From: Anaerolineae bacterium
GTDB taxonomy: Bacteria > Chloroflexota > Anaerolineae > CG2-30-64-16
Assembly: GCA_034432655.1 (NCBI GenBank)
Contig: DAOUBP010000096.1
Location: 1,849-65,848 of the forward strand
Direction: 5' to 3'
Length of the DNA stretch: 64,000 bases
The notes beneath the pieces are model-generated. The model had not been told where the DNA came from, did not search any database, and was given only the letters and a program-made list of their open reading frames with translations. Below are positions 40,301-50,434 of this stretch, piece by piece (the first letter of the stretch is position 1; each line of letters begins with the position of its first letter). A program made the translations under genes and the position numbers.

Positions 40301-43300
40301 ATGCCTCAACGCAACTTTTTTGCTGCCGTCGTGATCGCCTTGGGGTTGGTCGGCCTCCTGGCTTTCGTCGTGCAGGCAGCGTTTCCTGCTGCCTCCGATA
40401 CTCCGGATGTCTTCACCAAAGGCCCTTCTGATGCGGCCGGAGTCTATGTTTTCTATGACTACGAGAACCTGAGCCCATCCCGCTATCCCATCAAGGGCGG
40501 CCATATGCTGGTCACCTGGAAGGCGATCGAAACCGCCCCAGGGGTTTATGATTGGTCGTGGCCCGACGGGTGGATCGCCGAGCTTGCCTCCAAAGGCAAG
40601 TATGTGGGATTCACGGTAGATTCGTACGATGGCGTCTGCTGTGGTGGCAGCGCCGTGCCGTCCCATGTCCGGCAGCAACATCCCAGCTCGGTGATCGTTT
40701 GCAACGGCAATGAGATCCCCCGCTATTGGGATCCTGCGTATCAACGTGCGTGGGGCGATTTCATCCGCGCGGTCGGCCGGCGCTACAACGGTGACCCGCG
40801 TATTGCCTGGGTGCAGATCAGCGTCGGCATCTATGGCGAAACCTCGCCGGCCGAAGGGGAATTCTTCGGCTGTCTGGAAAGCGCCGGCCTGACCAGTGAC
40901 GTCTGGATTGACGTCGTTAAGTGGTCGGTGGATCTGTACCGGGAAGCGTTTCCGGACAAACAGCTCTTCCTGCAATTTGCTCCTTACTACAAGTATCGCG
41001 TCGAGCGGCGTGAATTCACCGACTATGCCGCCAGTCAAGGCGTGGGCTTGAAGCATAACGGGCTAAAGCCGGATACTGACGACGCTTACATCACCGACCC
41101 GAATGTTTCCTTCTATCGCGGCGGCAGCTACGATCCTTTTGCTACATGGGGAGATCGCGTGGCTACAGGCTGGGAAGGATATGAAAACCAGGCCTTCTCC
41201 ATGCGGGGCCGGACCGACTCCATGTGGAGCATTTATAACGCCCTGGACAAGCATGCAGACATCCTGGCCGTGGACACCGATCTTGTGAAAGCTGCCGATC
41301 GCCAGGATTTGTTGCAGTTCGCCAGCCGCTATCTGGGGCGCACGCTGGCCGATACCCCTAGCGTATGGATCGCTCTGCGGGAAACAGAGTACACTTGGTT
41401 TCCGGAGAGGGGCAATTTTGAATTCTGGCTTTATCAAAGGGACAACGCGCCCGGCGGCAAGACTGTGCCGATGTGGCGGGTGGGCTCCGAGCCCGAAGGC
41501 CGGTTTACCCGGCGGACTGATCAGGCCACAGGCAATCCTGATATGTATTTCGACGTAGACGATCGTTATATCTACGGCAATGCCCGCCCTGTGACGGTGA
41601 CGGTGACCTATTACGATCAGGGGTTTGATCGTTGGCAGTTGCGCTACGACGCCATCGGTGATCCCGATAAAGTGGCCGGCACTGTCTATAAGACCAATAC
41701 CTTCACCTGGAAGAAAGCCACCTTTGTGCTCACCGATGCTCAGTTTACCAATCGCCAGCTCGGCGGCACCGATTTTCACATCTGGTGTCTGGGCGATGGG
41801 GATGAGATCATCCATTTTGTAGATGTCCAGCGGCCGGCCGGCGTCACTGTTGAGTTGGAGTTGCAGCCGGGAGTCAACGGCTACAGCGGGGCGTCTGACA
41901 CCACCCTGGACGCATGGTCGCCTGAGACCGCTTACGGTGGTGACACCCTGCTGCGATTGCGCTATAACGCCGGCACGCCTTCCACCCACATGGCTCCGCT
42001 GGTGCGGTTCGATGTGTCTGCGATCCCAGCCGGTGTGACCGTGCTGGAGGCCTATCTTGATTTGTACTTGAGCGATGCCGAGCGCTCCGATCGGGACGTG
42101 GGAGCCGCAGTGCACGGTCTGCTGCGGCCATGGAATGAGTCCGCCGCTACCTGGCAGCGGCCGGCCGCCGGTCAAAGCTGGGCTCAACCTGGCGCCCTTG
42201 GCCCTGGCACAGATCATATCGCAACAGCTTCCGATAGTACGACCGTCAAACTGCCCGCAGGATGGTACAGCTTTAATGTCACGGATCTGGTGAAACGCTG
42301 GGTTGCCGATCCAGCCAGCAACTACGGTTTGATGTTACAGGCGCGTGCGGGAACGGTGCCCACGAATATGGAGGTACGGTTTGCATCTCGTGAGTCCGGC
42401 AACGCTGCGACCCGTCCGAAGTTGCGGGTGAAGTACCTGGTGCAACCGCCGACGCCCACGCCTACACCGACGCCGCGTCAGACCGCAACGTTGACCCCCA
42501 CGCCAACGGCCACCGGGACGCCTACACCGATCGGTGTGCAGCGCTCCCTGGTCAGCCGGCGTGCCTCTCGCGCTCCGGTGATTGACGGCGATCTCGCAGA
42601 ATGGACGCAGCCAGAGCAAGCCGATGTGCGGGTGGGCAAGGTGGATACAGCCGTCGGTCAGGCAGCCTCGCCTGCGGATATCTCTGCCGTTGTCCTCAGC
42701 TATTGGGCCGACGAATGGCTCTACCTGGCGGCCAGGATTACCGATGATATTGTTATTCGGGATAGTGCTCAGATCTGGGAGGATGACGCAATCGAGCTGG
42801 CGCTGGATGCGGCTTACGACCGCCTGCCGGGCGGGGCGGATGACAATCAATTCACCGTGGCCAGCGACGGGACGTTGACCAATTTCGGCTATGCCGCAGT
42901 GCCCGGCGCTCAGGTTGCTGTGCGTCGTCATGCGGCTGGCTATGACATCGAGCTGGCTTTGCCCCTGACCGTCCTGGGTATCGGACGGATGACAGAGGGC
43001 CAGACGCTGGGCTTCACCATCGGCCTGATTGACGATGACGATGGCGGTAACCGCAGTGGCGCCGACGACAGTTATTTGATCTGGGCCGGCAACAACACAG
43101 TGAGCGGTTCGGCTGGCTTCGGCAGCCTGTACCTGGGCCCGCAGTATGAGCTGCCGTCGGCCGGGAGCACGGCTACACCGACGTTTACTCCGACCACGGG
43201 CCCAACAGCTACCAGGACCCCGTCGCCAACGGCAACCTTTACGCATACGCCCACTGTCACGGCGACTTTGACATCTACGCGCACGCCCACAAGGTCGCCC

Positions 43301-43822
43301 AGCCCAACTGCCACGTTTACAGCCACGCCCTTCCTTACACCGACCAATACGCCGACTGCCAGTGCCACGATAGCCCCGGGTTTCGGTGTTGTGGAGGGTA
43401 TGGTATTCTATGACGGGGATGGGGATGGCAACCCCGGTTTCGGAGAGCCGGGTCTCCAGGATGTGACGCTGGCGTTGATGCAGGCCGCCAGCCGGCAGTA
43501 TACGACATTTTCGCGGGCTGACGGCTCTTATCGTTTCTCAGAGGTAACTCCGGGAAACTACAAGCTGGTTGTCGAAGCCTGGCCCGCTGGTTACTATCCG
43601 ATTCATAACGCCATCCTCTTCGCCGTCACAGCCGGCAGTCGGCTGGAGATCAATATCCCGTTGGGCCGCCTTTCGGAGTCCACACCGACCGCGACCGCGA
43701 CACTGACACCTATTTTGCATCCCACCAGCACGTTGACGCCGACCGCGACCTATCCCGCCCCGACCGCAACGGCGACTTCCTCGCCTCGCAAAATCTACTT
43801 GCCTTTGGTACTGCGCCCTTAA
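40301..43822 (+). CDS. Secreted GH-like protein, paralog 2: GH-like domain + DNRLRE-like + CBM9/DOMON-like + SdrD-B-like, TP linkers, C-terminal YLPLVLRP
   Basis: signal peptide [28 protein letters not shown]; [16 protein letters not shown] and APYYKY blocks shared with 33037 gene. Confidence 0.85.
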   Translation: MPQRNFFAAVVIALGLVGLLAFVVQAAFPAASDTPDVFTKGPSDAAGVYVFYDYENLSPSRYPIKGGHMLVTWKAIETAPGVYDWSWPDGWIAELASKGKYVGFTVDSYDGVCCGGSAVPSHVRQQHPSSVIVCNGNEIPRYWDPAYQRAWGDFIRAVGRRYNGDPRIAWVQISVGIYGETSPAEGEFFGCLESAGLTSDVWIDVVKWSVDLYREAFPDKQLFLQFAPYYKYRVERREFTDYAASQGVGLKHNGLKPDTDDAYITDPNVSFYRGGSYDPFATWGDRVATGWEGYENQAFSMRGRTDSMWSIYNALDKHADILAVDTDLVKAADRQDLLQFASRYLGRTLADTPSVWIALRETEYTWFPERGNFEFWLYQRDNAPGGKTVPMWRVGSEPEGRFTRRTDQATGNPDMYFDVDDRYIYGNARPVTVTVTYYDQGFDRWQLRYDAIGDPDKVAGTVYKTNTFTWKKATFVLTDAQFTNRQLGGTDFHIWCLGDGDEIIHFVDVQRPAGVTVELELQPGVNGYSGASDTTLDAWSPETAYGGDTLLRLRYNAGTPSTHMAPLVRFDVSAIPAGVTVLEAYLDLYLSDAERSDRDVGAAVHGLLRPWNESAATWQRPAAGQSWAQPGALGPGTDHIATASDSTTVKLPAGWYSFNVTDLVKRWVADPASNYGLMLQARAGTVPTNMEVRFASRESGNAATRPKLRVKYLVQPPTPTPTPTPRQTATLTPTPTATGTPTPIGVQRSLVSRRASRAPVIDGDLAEWTQPEQADVRVGKVDTAVGQAASPADISAVVLSYWADEWLYLAARITDDIVIRDSAQIWEDDAIELALDAAYDRLPGGADDNQFTVASDGTLTNFGYAAVPGAQVAVRRHAAGYDIELALPLTVLGIGRMTEGQTLGFTIGLIDDDDGGNRSGADDSYLIWAGNNTVSGSAGFGSLYLGPQYELPSAGSTATPTFTPTTGPTATRTPSPTATFTHTPTVTATLTSTRTPTRSPSPTATFTATPFLTPTNTPTASATIAPGFGVVEGMVFYDGDGDGNPGFGEPGLQDVTLALMQAASRQYTTFSRADGSYRFSEVTPGNYKLVVEAWPAGYYPIHNAILFAVTAGSRLEINIPLGRLSESTPTATATLTPILHPTSTLTPTATYPAPTATATSSPRKIYLPLVLRP
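43796..43816 (+). other. C-terminal YLPLVLR motif (followed by P-stop)
   Basis: ...[17 protein letters not shown]-stop. Confidence 0.8.
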
Positions 43823-43953
43823 TCTTCTGCCCCTGCTTCGCGGCGAGCCCTCTGGCCCGGCTGACATCCCTGGTCTGCCCTTGCGTTGCGGCATGCCCGT
43901 TCCGCTGCCTGGCAGTAAACTCAGAAGGCGTCATCCAGATAAGAGTGCTTTTT

Positions 43954-43979
43954 TTGTTTAGCGCGATGTGCGTTATAAT
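43954..43979 (+). promoter_or_regulatory. Candidate promoter with perfect TATAAT
   Basis: ttgttt-14nt-tataat (43974-43979) 12 nt before ATG 43991; short spacer; implies very short leader or downstream true start. Confidence 0.35.
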
Positions 43980-43990
43980 CAGCGGGCGTC

Positions 43991-46900
43991 ATGCTGCTGA
44001 GGCAAGATCGTCCCCGCTCCCAACGCAGAAGGTGGATCACGATGAGATTTGGTTTTGACCAGGGAAATCCTGAACCGCATGGCCGGCATTGCCGCCGGCG
44101 GTTCGTGACGCGTATCTGGTGGCTTGCTGTCATTGTCATTGGTTTCGTCGCCCTTCAGAGCTGTCGGCCCTTGCCGACCCCGCCGCCACCTCCTACCGCC
44201 CCCCCTTCTCCCTTTCCTGCAGAAACCATTCCTGCAGCGTTGACCGCCACGCCCGAGGCGGCCCGACCATTTATCTCTCTTGAGGAACTGAATGTGGTAC
44301 CGGGCGCATATGTGGCCTGGAGCCTGCCGGAGTACGCTGTGCCACCAACCCGCTCGCCCGACGATCCTCTCTATCCGGGCCATCATATCCTGGGCCTTGA
44401 TTGCCTCACCTATCTCGATCAGGTATGGCCGGTGGAGAACAGTATCTCGTGGGCGAGCTACGACAGGTGTTTGAACGCGCTGGAGCGCCGAAAAGTCAAA
44501 CTGCCCGACGGCAGAGAGGTCCCCCAGCCGATGATACTGACTTTGCCGCCATCCTTCATGGATCCGGGCGGCAGCGGCACCGCGCGTGACCCTTTTATCA
44601 AGCTAATCGGCCCGGCGTGGATGCTGAACGACACTTACAGGGTCCGGTTTCAGACTGCAGATGGAAAATGGTATCAGACCTGGCGCTATGATCAGGCGTT
44701 CACTGACGCGATGGTCCGCTTGATTCGCGCGGCAGCAGAGCGCTATGACCGCCATCCTGGCGTCAGCCTGGTGCGCCTTTACGTGGGCTTCCAAGGGGAA
44801 AATCAGCCCGTGCGGGCGTGTGAGCCCTGGTGGCCCGGTTCTCCCGACTGTGGTGCGCAGCAAGAAGTGTTGCCTGCTGCCGAGAAAGTGGTTTCCTGTG
44901 CCACCTATACAACGTTTGTCCGACGGCTGGCCCTGGCTGCCGGCGAGGCGTTTGCACACAAGCCGGTGGCGGTGATGATGTCGGTACAGCCGTGTGCCAA
45001 TCTAAGCGGCACCATTCATCGGTGGGAGTTGTTTGATCAGAATCTGCGGCCGCTCCCTGTCGGCTATGTGAACGCCGGCCTGCAGCCGGACCGGCCGGAC
45101 GCCATGGAGGCGCCCGACAAGCGCTGGGCCGGATGGCGTCTGTACAGCACCGGTCAGACGATCGCTGCTTGGGGGGCGCCCTATGTAGCGGAATATGCCG
45201 AAAATCCTTCGGGCGGCAGCGTGGGCGCACAGGATCGCAGTCAGTACATGTATTGGAATACCCTGATGGCAGCTGGCTCTGGTGCCCGCTGGGTGCTACA
45301 TCATCCCGCCTGGCAAGGTTACGATTCTGCGCCCATGTGGGAGGTGGTGGACTATTGGCTTAACAGCCCGGCGCGTGCCTGGCTGGTCTTTCGTGATCGT
45401 GAGTATCCTACTTTTGAATACAGCCCAGAGGACGGCAACTCGGGCTGGATCGGCGATTTCGCCCGCTACTTGATTCTTCTCAACCCACAGGATGCCCCAC
45501 AGGCATGCGCTCCGGAGGTGCAAGCCACCGCCCAAGCGGCCAACACCGCTGTCGCTAAATGGCAACGGGTTACGCCGGCCTGTCCCGGCCCCCTGCTGCC
45601 AACGCCGGCCATCACACCCGCTTCGACCCCCAGCCCGGGGGCTGATACGCTAAACCGACTTTTCAACCGTCAAGCCCGTCGGCTAGATCCCGGCAGAAAG
45701 CTATACATCGCGGCTTCCGAAAACTGGCAGGGTTTCGGGACGATCGGGCAAATAACTGTCACGGTATCTTATCTCGATATTGGCACCACGCCGTTTGCGG
45801 TCATCCTCCCCGACGGGCGAGGAGCGGAACAAGTGCAAGCAGTTCCCAAGCAGGGCTCGGGGCTCTGGAAACGATTTACGTGGTCGCAGACGGCACAGGT
45901 CGCCAATCTCCTGGACGGCAGCGCATTCATGGTGATCGCTAATCCGGCTGCAGGACAGGCTACGTATCTGCACGAAGTGTTTGTGGATCTCGGGAATAAT
46001 GATCCAGAGATACCTTTTCTGCCTGTTACGCCGACGGTGTTTGTACCAACATCGGTGCCTCCGGCAACCTCAACACCGTCAGCGAGCCCGTCGCCCCTGC
46101 CTTTGGCCACCAGGACACCTACAGCCAGCGCCACGTTGAGCCCAACGCGCACCTCCACCCCGACGGCCACCAGGACCCCCACGCCCAGCGCCACGTTGAG
46201 CCCAACGCGCACCTCCACCCCGACGGCCAGCCAGACTCTGACCCCTGCTGCTGCTACAACGTCGGCCAGCCCCCTGACCTGTATGCCTCGCCCTGTCGCC
46301 AATGTGCTGTTGGGGCCCGGGCCCAAGGGTATTGCTGCGGGTGAGGACGGCTTCTTTGTCGGTTTGTTCAACTTGAGCCAGGTGGCGCGGCTGCGTCTTG
46401 CCGGAGAAGGAGTCGTCTGGCTGGTTAAATCCGGCCCGGGGCGCACCAACGGCCTGGCGGCCTGGCAAAATATCGTTGTGGCTACCAACCGGGATGAAGG
46501 GACGGTCACATTGCACGATGCCGGCACCGGCGTGCCATTGGCAATCTTGCGCGTGGGCGCTCTACCGTGGGGCGTCGCTGCGGCAAACGGCCGGGCTTAT
46601 GTGGCCAATTTCGGCGACAACACGGTCGCGGTGCTGGATCTGGTTCAGCGGGGTGTAGTGGCTGTGGTTCCTGTGGCGTCCGCTCCTGTAACGGCCGTTG
46701 CCGATGATCGTCAAGCTTTTGTGTTGCATCTGGACGGGCAGATCACACAGCTAGACAGCACAGGACGTCTGTTGGCTCAGGCCAAGGCCCAGGCGCCCAA
46801 CGCACGCGGCCTGGCCTGGGACCAACTGCGAAACCGTCTTTATGTCGGCAGCCAGTCAGGCGTTGTGGTTGCGCTGGATGCATCCACCTTACGGGAGGTG

Positions 46901-48175
46901 GCCCGTTTTCCGTTGCCCGGGCCGGCCTACGCGCTGGCGTTCAACCCCGGCACGGGACGCGTGTTTGCCGTGGACGCAGTCAACGATCGCCTGTATGTCA
47001 TCGAGCCTGATGGCAGCGGCGTGGGACAGCTCTCTCTGCCTCCACAAGGTGCAACGGAAGGCGGCCAGGGAATCGGGGTGGCGAGGAATCGCATCGCGGT
47101 TGCCAACTACGCAGCCAGTAGCGTGAGCTATTTCGATGATGCGGTGTGCGAAGCCAGATTGACCCCGGAAGCTGTCACGCCGAGTCGTACTGCGACTGCC
47201 TCCCGAACGCCAACGCCATCGGTCACCCGCACTTCCACGTCGTCTCCCACCCATACCCCGGTGCCGACCGCTACGGCTGCTGCGCCCCTGACACCCACGC
47301 CGACCCTCAGCCCCACCTCATCACCCACCCCGGCTGTGGTGCGCGCTAAGATCGAGATCGTCTGGCCGCACGGGGGTGCTTCGGTGCGTGAGGCCCGGCT
47401 GGCCAATATCACGGCCTATCTTCTGGCAGGGGATGGCTCGGATCCGGCAGCAGCGTTGAACCCGCCGCCCTGCGATTGGCGCCCTACCGTCAGATTGTGG
47501 GCTGCTCTGAATACGGAGCCGGCCAGGCCGATCGCTGTGGGCCAGAAGCGGTTTGTGAACGAGGAGGGGCGAGTATTCCCGGCCTGGGACTTCAACGATG
47601 TGGACGTCAGCCTGGCACGCGACCTTTCTAACAAGTTGACCTTCTTCGTCACGGTGGATGGGGTCCGCACCCTGCACAACATCTGGGTTCATGCCGCGGA
47701 CGCGCGCACGCTGTTCCCTCAGCAGGCCGTGCCCGATGGCACCACTGCGCGCCGGCCGACGGCCGTGGATGCCCGGATCCAGATCGTCTGGCCTCACGAT
47801 AATCTGCCGGTAAATCAGGCCAGATTGGCCAACATCAACTCGGTGCTGTTTCAACAAGGCACCTTGCAGGCTTTCGCGCCGGATGTGGCCTGGTCGCCGA
47901 CGGTGCGGCTGCATTGGGCTTTGAACCACGAACCTGAACCGCCGACGGGCAGCGGTTTGATCGGCACCCCGCGCATCGTAAACGCCACGAACGGAACGCG
48001 TTTCCTGGCTTGGGATTTCAACGACGTGGATGTCAGCCCGGCGCAAGACGCGCTCAATAAGCTCTTTTTCTGGATCAGCGTGGATGGCGTTCCGACTTAC
48101 AGTAACGTCTGGGCGCACGGCCAGGATGCCCGCACGATTTTCCCTCAGCCTGACGTGCTGAACAGCTGTCGTTGA
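43991..48175 (+). CDS. Giant secreted/lipoprotein-like protein: GH-like domain paralog 3 + TP linker + YVTN-type beta-propeller + TP linker + two tandem ~150-aa C-terminal repeats (no YLPLV motif)
   Basis: VSLVRLYVGFQGENQP block homologous to GH-like paralogs; YVANFGDNTVAVLD, LYVGSQSGVVVALD, RVFAVDAVNDRLYVIE propeller blades; repeats KIEIVWPHGGASVREARLANI... / RIQIVWPHDNLPVNQARLANI... Confidence 0.8.
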   Translation: MLLRQDRPRSQRRRWITMRFGFDQGNPEPHGRHCRRRFVTRIWWLAVIVIGFVALQSCRPLPTPPPPPTAPPSPFPAETIPAALTATPEAARPFISLEELNVVPGAYVAWSLPEYAVPPTRSPDDPLYPGHHILGLDCLTYLDQVWPVENSISWASYDRCLNALERRKVKLPDGREVPQPMILTLPPSFMDPGGSGTARDPFIKLIGPAWMLNDTYRVRFQTADGKWYQTWRYDQAFTDAMVRLIRAAAERYDRHPGVSLVRLYVGFQGENQPVRACEPWWPGSPDCGAQQEVLPAAEKVVSCATYTTFVRRLALAAGEAFAHKPVAVMMSVQPCANLSGTIHRWELFDQNLRPLPVGYVNAGLQPDRPDAMEAPDKRWAGWRLYSTGQTIAAWGAPYVAEYAENPSGGSVGAQDRSQYMYWNTLMAAGSGARWVLHHPAWQGYDSAPMWEVVDYWLNSPARAWLVFRDREYPTFEYSPEDGNSGWIGDFARYLILLNPQDAPQACAPEVQATAQAANTAVAKWQRVTPACPGPLLPTPAITPASTPSPGADTLNRLFNRQARRLDPGRKLYIAASENWQGFGTIGQITVTVSYLDIGTTPFAVILPDGRGAEQVQAVPKQGSGLWKRFTWSQTAQVANLLDGSAFMVIANPAAGQATYLHEVFVDLGNNDPEIPFLPVTPTVFVPTSVPPATSTPSASPSPLPLATRTPTASATLSPTRTSTPTATRTPTPSATLSPTRTSTPTASQTLTPAAATTSASPLTCMPRPVANVLLGPGPKGIAAGEDGFFVGLFNLSQVARLRLAGEGVVWLVKSGPGRTNGLAAWQNIVVATNRDEGTVTLHDAGTGVPLAILRVGALPWGVAAANGRAYVANFGDNTVAVLDLVQRGVVAVVPVASAPVTAVADDRQAFVLHLDGQITQLDSTGRLLAQAKAQAPNARGLAWDQLRNRLYVGSQSGVVVALDASTLREVARFPLPGPAYALAFNPGTGRVFAVDAVNDRLYVIEPDGSGVGQLSLPPQGATEGGQGIGVARNRIAVANYAASSVSYFDDAVCEARLTPEAVTPSRTATASRTPTPSVTRTSTSSPTHTPVPTATAAAPLTPTPTLSPTSSPTPAVVRAKIEIVWPHGGASVREARLANITAYLLAGDGSDPAAALNPPPCDWRPTVRLWAALNTEPARPIAVGQKRFVNEEGRVFPAWDFNDVDVSLARDLSNKLTFFVTVDGVRTLHNIWVHAADARTLFPQQAVPDGTTARRPTAVDARIQIVWPHDNLPVNQARLANINSVLFQQGTLQAFAPDVAWSPTVRLHWALNHEPEPPTGSGLIGTPRIVNATNGTRFLAWDFNDVDVSPAQDALNKLFFWISVDGVPTYSNVWAHGQDARTIFPQPDVLNSCR
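46124..46229 (+). repeat. Perfect ~46-bp direct duplication with 60-bp period inside a linker
   Basis: ccagcgccacgttgagcccaacgcgcacctccaccccgacggcca at 46124 and 46184 (encodes SATLSPTRTSTPTA twice). Confidence 0.85.
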
Positions 48176-48232
48176 TGAGGTCGGTCGGTTGGCCCCGGCA
48201 GCTTGCTGCGGACCGCCAAAGGACAAGCTGCA

Positions 48233-50428
48233 TCAATCCGTCAGCCGGAGCGCCGGGTCGCCCAGCAGGTTGAAGGTCAGGAGGATATCGCGGACGCCGC
48301 CCAGGGCTTGTGGTAGCGCAGACTGGGCCTGAAGCACCACCTCCCCCAGGGTACGGGACTGCGCGGCATTGTCGGACTTGGCCAGGGCGGCCGCCAGCTC
48401 GCGCGCCAGTAAGCGCTGGTCGGTAAGCACGGCTGCGCTGGAAGGCACCAGCGCGGCGACCGCACCACCGTTCCTGGCGCGCAGAAGCGTTTCCCCCAGC
48501 GAGGGTGTGCTGGGATGTTCGAACAGGCCGCTCAGGCACGTGACGGTGAAAACGACTGGCAGCCGGTCCTTGTTTTCCAGCCTGTCCACGTCTTCCACCC
48601 CGAAGATCTTCTCTTTGGCCCAAAGCGTCACACTGCCGTGGCCGAAGTAGCCGATCAGACCGCGGCCCTCAGCGAAAGCCCGGAGGAGCGCGTTTCGGGC
48701 TGCTGTCCCGTCTTCGGCGATCAAGACTTCATCGGCCGTGTAGCCGGCAAGGCGGTCAGCGAATTCCCGTGTCTCCTCCGCGAAGCCCGGTTCGTCGTTG
48801 TCGGCGATCAGCAACGCCTGTCCTCGCCACCCGGCCGCACCCTCCTGGCGTTCATAGGCCAGCGTCTTGGCCACCATCGTCGCCATCTGTTCGGCGGTTT
48901 GGGCGGGGAAACGGCCCACGGCCAGCGCAGGCCGGGCCTCTGGCCCTTCCTCGAGCAACGCGTACCAAACGTCGGAGCTGGTCCAGCCGGAGAAGGTGGT
49001 AAACACCGTCTGTGTCGGTACCAGGTCGCGCTCGGTTCCCTTCAGGTAGCCGCGCGGGTCGTAACTGGCGTCACCGGCCAGCAGCAAGAAGCGCGGGGCG
49101 GGGGGTGTCCAAGCGGCCAGGGCCTGCTGCACCAGCGCCTTGATCGCCTCGGGGCCGGCGCGGCCGAAGTTGAAGCGGTCGTAGACTTGTTCCACATCCA
49201 CGACCGCTACCCGCAACCCCTGGGCCTGGCGCGCAGCCACCAGCGGCTGTAGTGCCGCCCGAAACGCCGGCACTGTCACTATGATCATGTCCGCGCCGCC
49301 GGGCCAATTTCGCAAGTCGGTGCCAGAGGCGGCTGCCACGGCTGCGGGTCGGCGCAGCCCGCCTTCCGTTGCGATGATAAACCGGCGTGGGGTGCCGTCA
49401 GAAGCAAAGCGCAACACGCCTTCCCGCCATTCGTATCCCTGCAGCGCAATCGGGGCCGCAGGATCGGTGATGTCCCATAAGGCGACCGGTGGCGCAGCCA
49501 ATCGGACTGCAAAACCGGCAGCTGCCCCGGCAAATGTCAGGCCGCCACCATCAGCGGCCAACTCGCGGTGATAAGTGATCTCGATCCAGTCCAGCTGGAT
49601 GCTATCCACCGGGGCGCCGGTATCATTGGGCAGCCAGAGGCTCAGCCGGTTTTCGCCTGTCCGCAAGCTGCCGGAGGCCAGGGTTGTCTCGAGGATGTAC
49701 GGGCCCGGCCCGTCCCAATGCGCGTCGGCAGCCTGAGTGCCGTTTACCGTCAACACCAGGTGGTGGTCGGGGTCTATCGTCCCGGACGAAGAGCTGCCGT
49801 AGAGCCCCAGGCGCACGACGGCTTCACCGTCGGCTGCTTGTGGGACATCGAGGTTGATGGTCAATTCGGCCGGCGCGAAAAGTGCCTCCCAATACCAGCG
49901 GTTTTCACCGGGTTTGGCCAGCCCCCGGTAGTGGCGTCGTTGCTCACTGCGGAGGGTGTCGGTGACGGTTGCGGTCAGGGCGGTCTCAGCCGTGGGGGCG
50001 GCATCTCGTTCCACGATGGCCCGTGAGACCTGGTCCTCAGCTCTTCGGCTCAGCCAGTAGATGTTGCGGTCGGTGTATGCGTCCGGCCCCAACGCCTGGC
50101 CATAGAAGCGCAGGCTGCGGCCGCGGCCCTCGCCGGTTAACTGGAACGCGACCGGCTCGCCACCTGAAGTCAGGGTAAGCTGGTCGGGGCGCGCGCCGGC
50201 CAGGTCGAACCCGCTGCGCGCCAGCACGTCCGCCGAAACCGTGTAGATGCCGTCAGCTTCCACGGCCAACTTGATCGTCTCAACGTTGGGCGCCTGGGCA
50301 GGGGTGCACCCGGCCAGCAGCAGCAGGAGGATCAACAGAAACAGGGCCTGCGGGGCAGGTCCCACATGCGGCGCTGACTGTGCCAGGGCGGATGATTTCA
50401 ACCGGTTGGTAGCCAGGTTCCGATTCAT
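48233..50428 (-). CDS. Clan CD / family C25 (gingipain/PorU-like) cysteine peptidase, putative lipoprotein
   Basis: signal + lipobox LLLAGC; His motif GYFGHGSVTLWA and Cys motif LPVVFTVTCLSGLFEH; ends LLGDPALRLTD. Confidence 0.65.
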   Translation of the reverse strand: MNRNLATNRLKSSALAQSAPHVGPAPQALFLLILLLLLAGCTPAQAPNVETIKLAVEADGIYTVSADVLARSGFDLAGARPDQLTLTSGGEPVAFQLTGEGRGRSLRFYGQALGPDAYTDRNIYWLSRRAEDQVSRAIVERDAAPTAETALTATVTDTLRSEQRRHYRGLAKPGENRWYWEALFAPAELTINLDVPQAADGEAVVRLGLYGSSSSGTIDPDHHLVLTVNGTQAADAHWDGPGPYILETTLASGSLRTGENRLSLWLPNDTGAPVDSIQLDWIEITYHRELAADGGGLTFAGAAAGFAVRLAAPPVALWDITDPAAPIALQGYEWREGVLRFASDGTPRRFIIATEGGLRRPAAVAAASGTDLRNWPGGADMIIVTVPAFRAALQPLVAARQAQGLRVAVVDVEQVYDRFNFGRAGPEAIKALVQQALAAWTPPAPRFLLLAGDASYDPRGYLKGTERDLVPTQTVFTTFSGWTSSDVWYALLEEGPEARPALAVGRFPAQTAEQMATMVAKTLAYERQEGAAGWRGQALLIADNDEPGFAEETREFADRLAGYTADEVLIAEDGTAARNALLRAFAEGRGLIGYFGHGSVTLWAKEKIFGVEDVDRLENKDRLPVVFTVTCLSGLFEHPSTPSLGETLLRARNGGAVAALVPSSAAVLTDQRLLARELAAALAKSDNAAQSRTLGEVVLQAQSALPQALGGVRDILLTFNLLGDPALRLTD

Positions 50429-50434
50429 GGGCCC

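Noticed and set aside
5740-43816. Interpreting YLPLVxR as a classical sortase/exosortase tripartite signal
   Set aside because: No hydrophobic TM segment or Arg/Lys-rich tail follows the motif. The ORFs stop within 0-5 residues, and no sortase or exosortase gene is present in the window.
48199-48231. Bidirectional terminator between convergent genes (gcagcttg...caagctgc)
   Set aside because: The stem is only 8 bp with a 17-nt loop and no flanking U/A tracts. Too weak to call.
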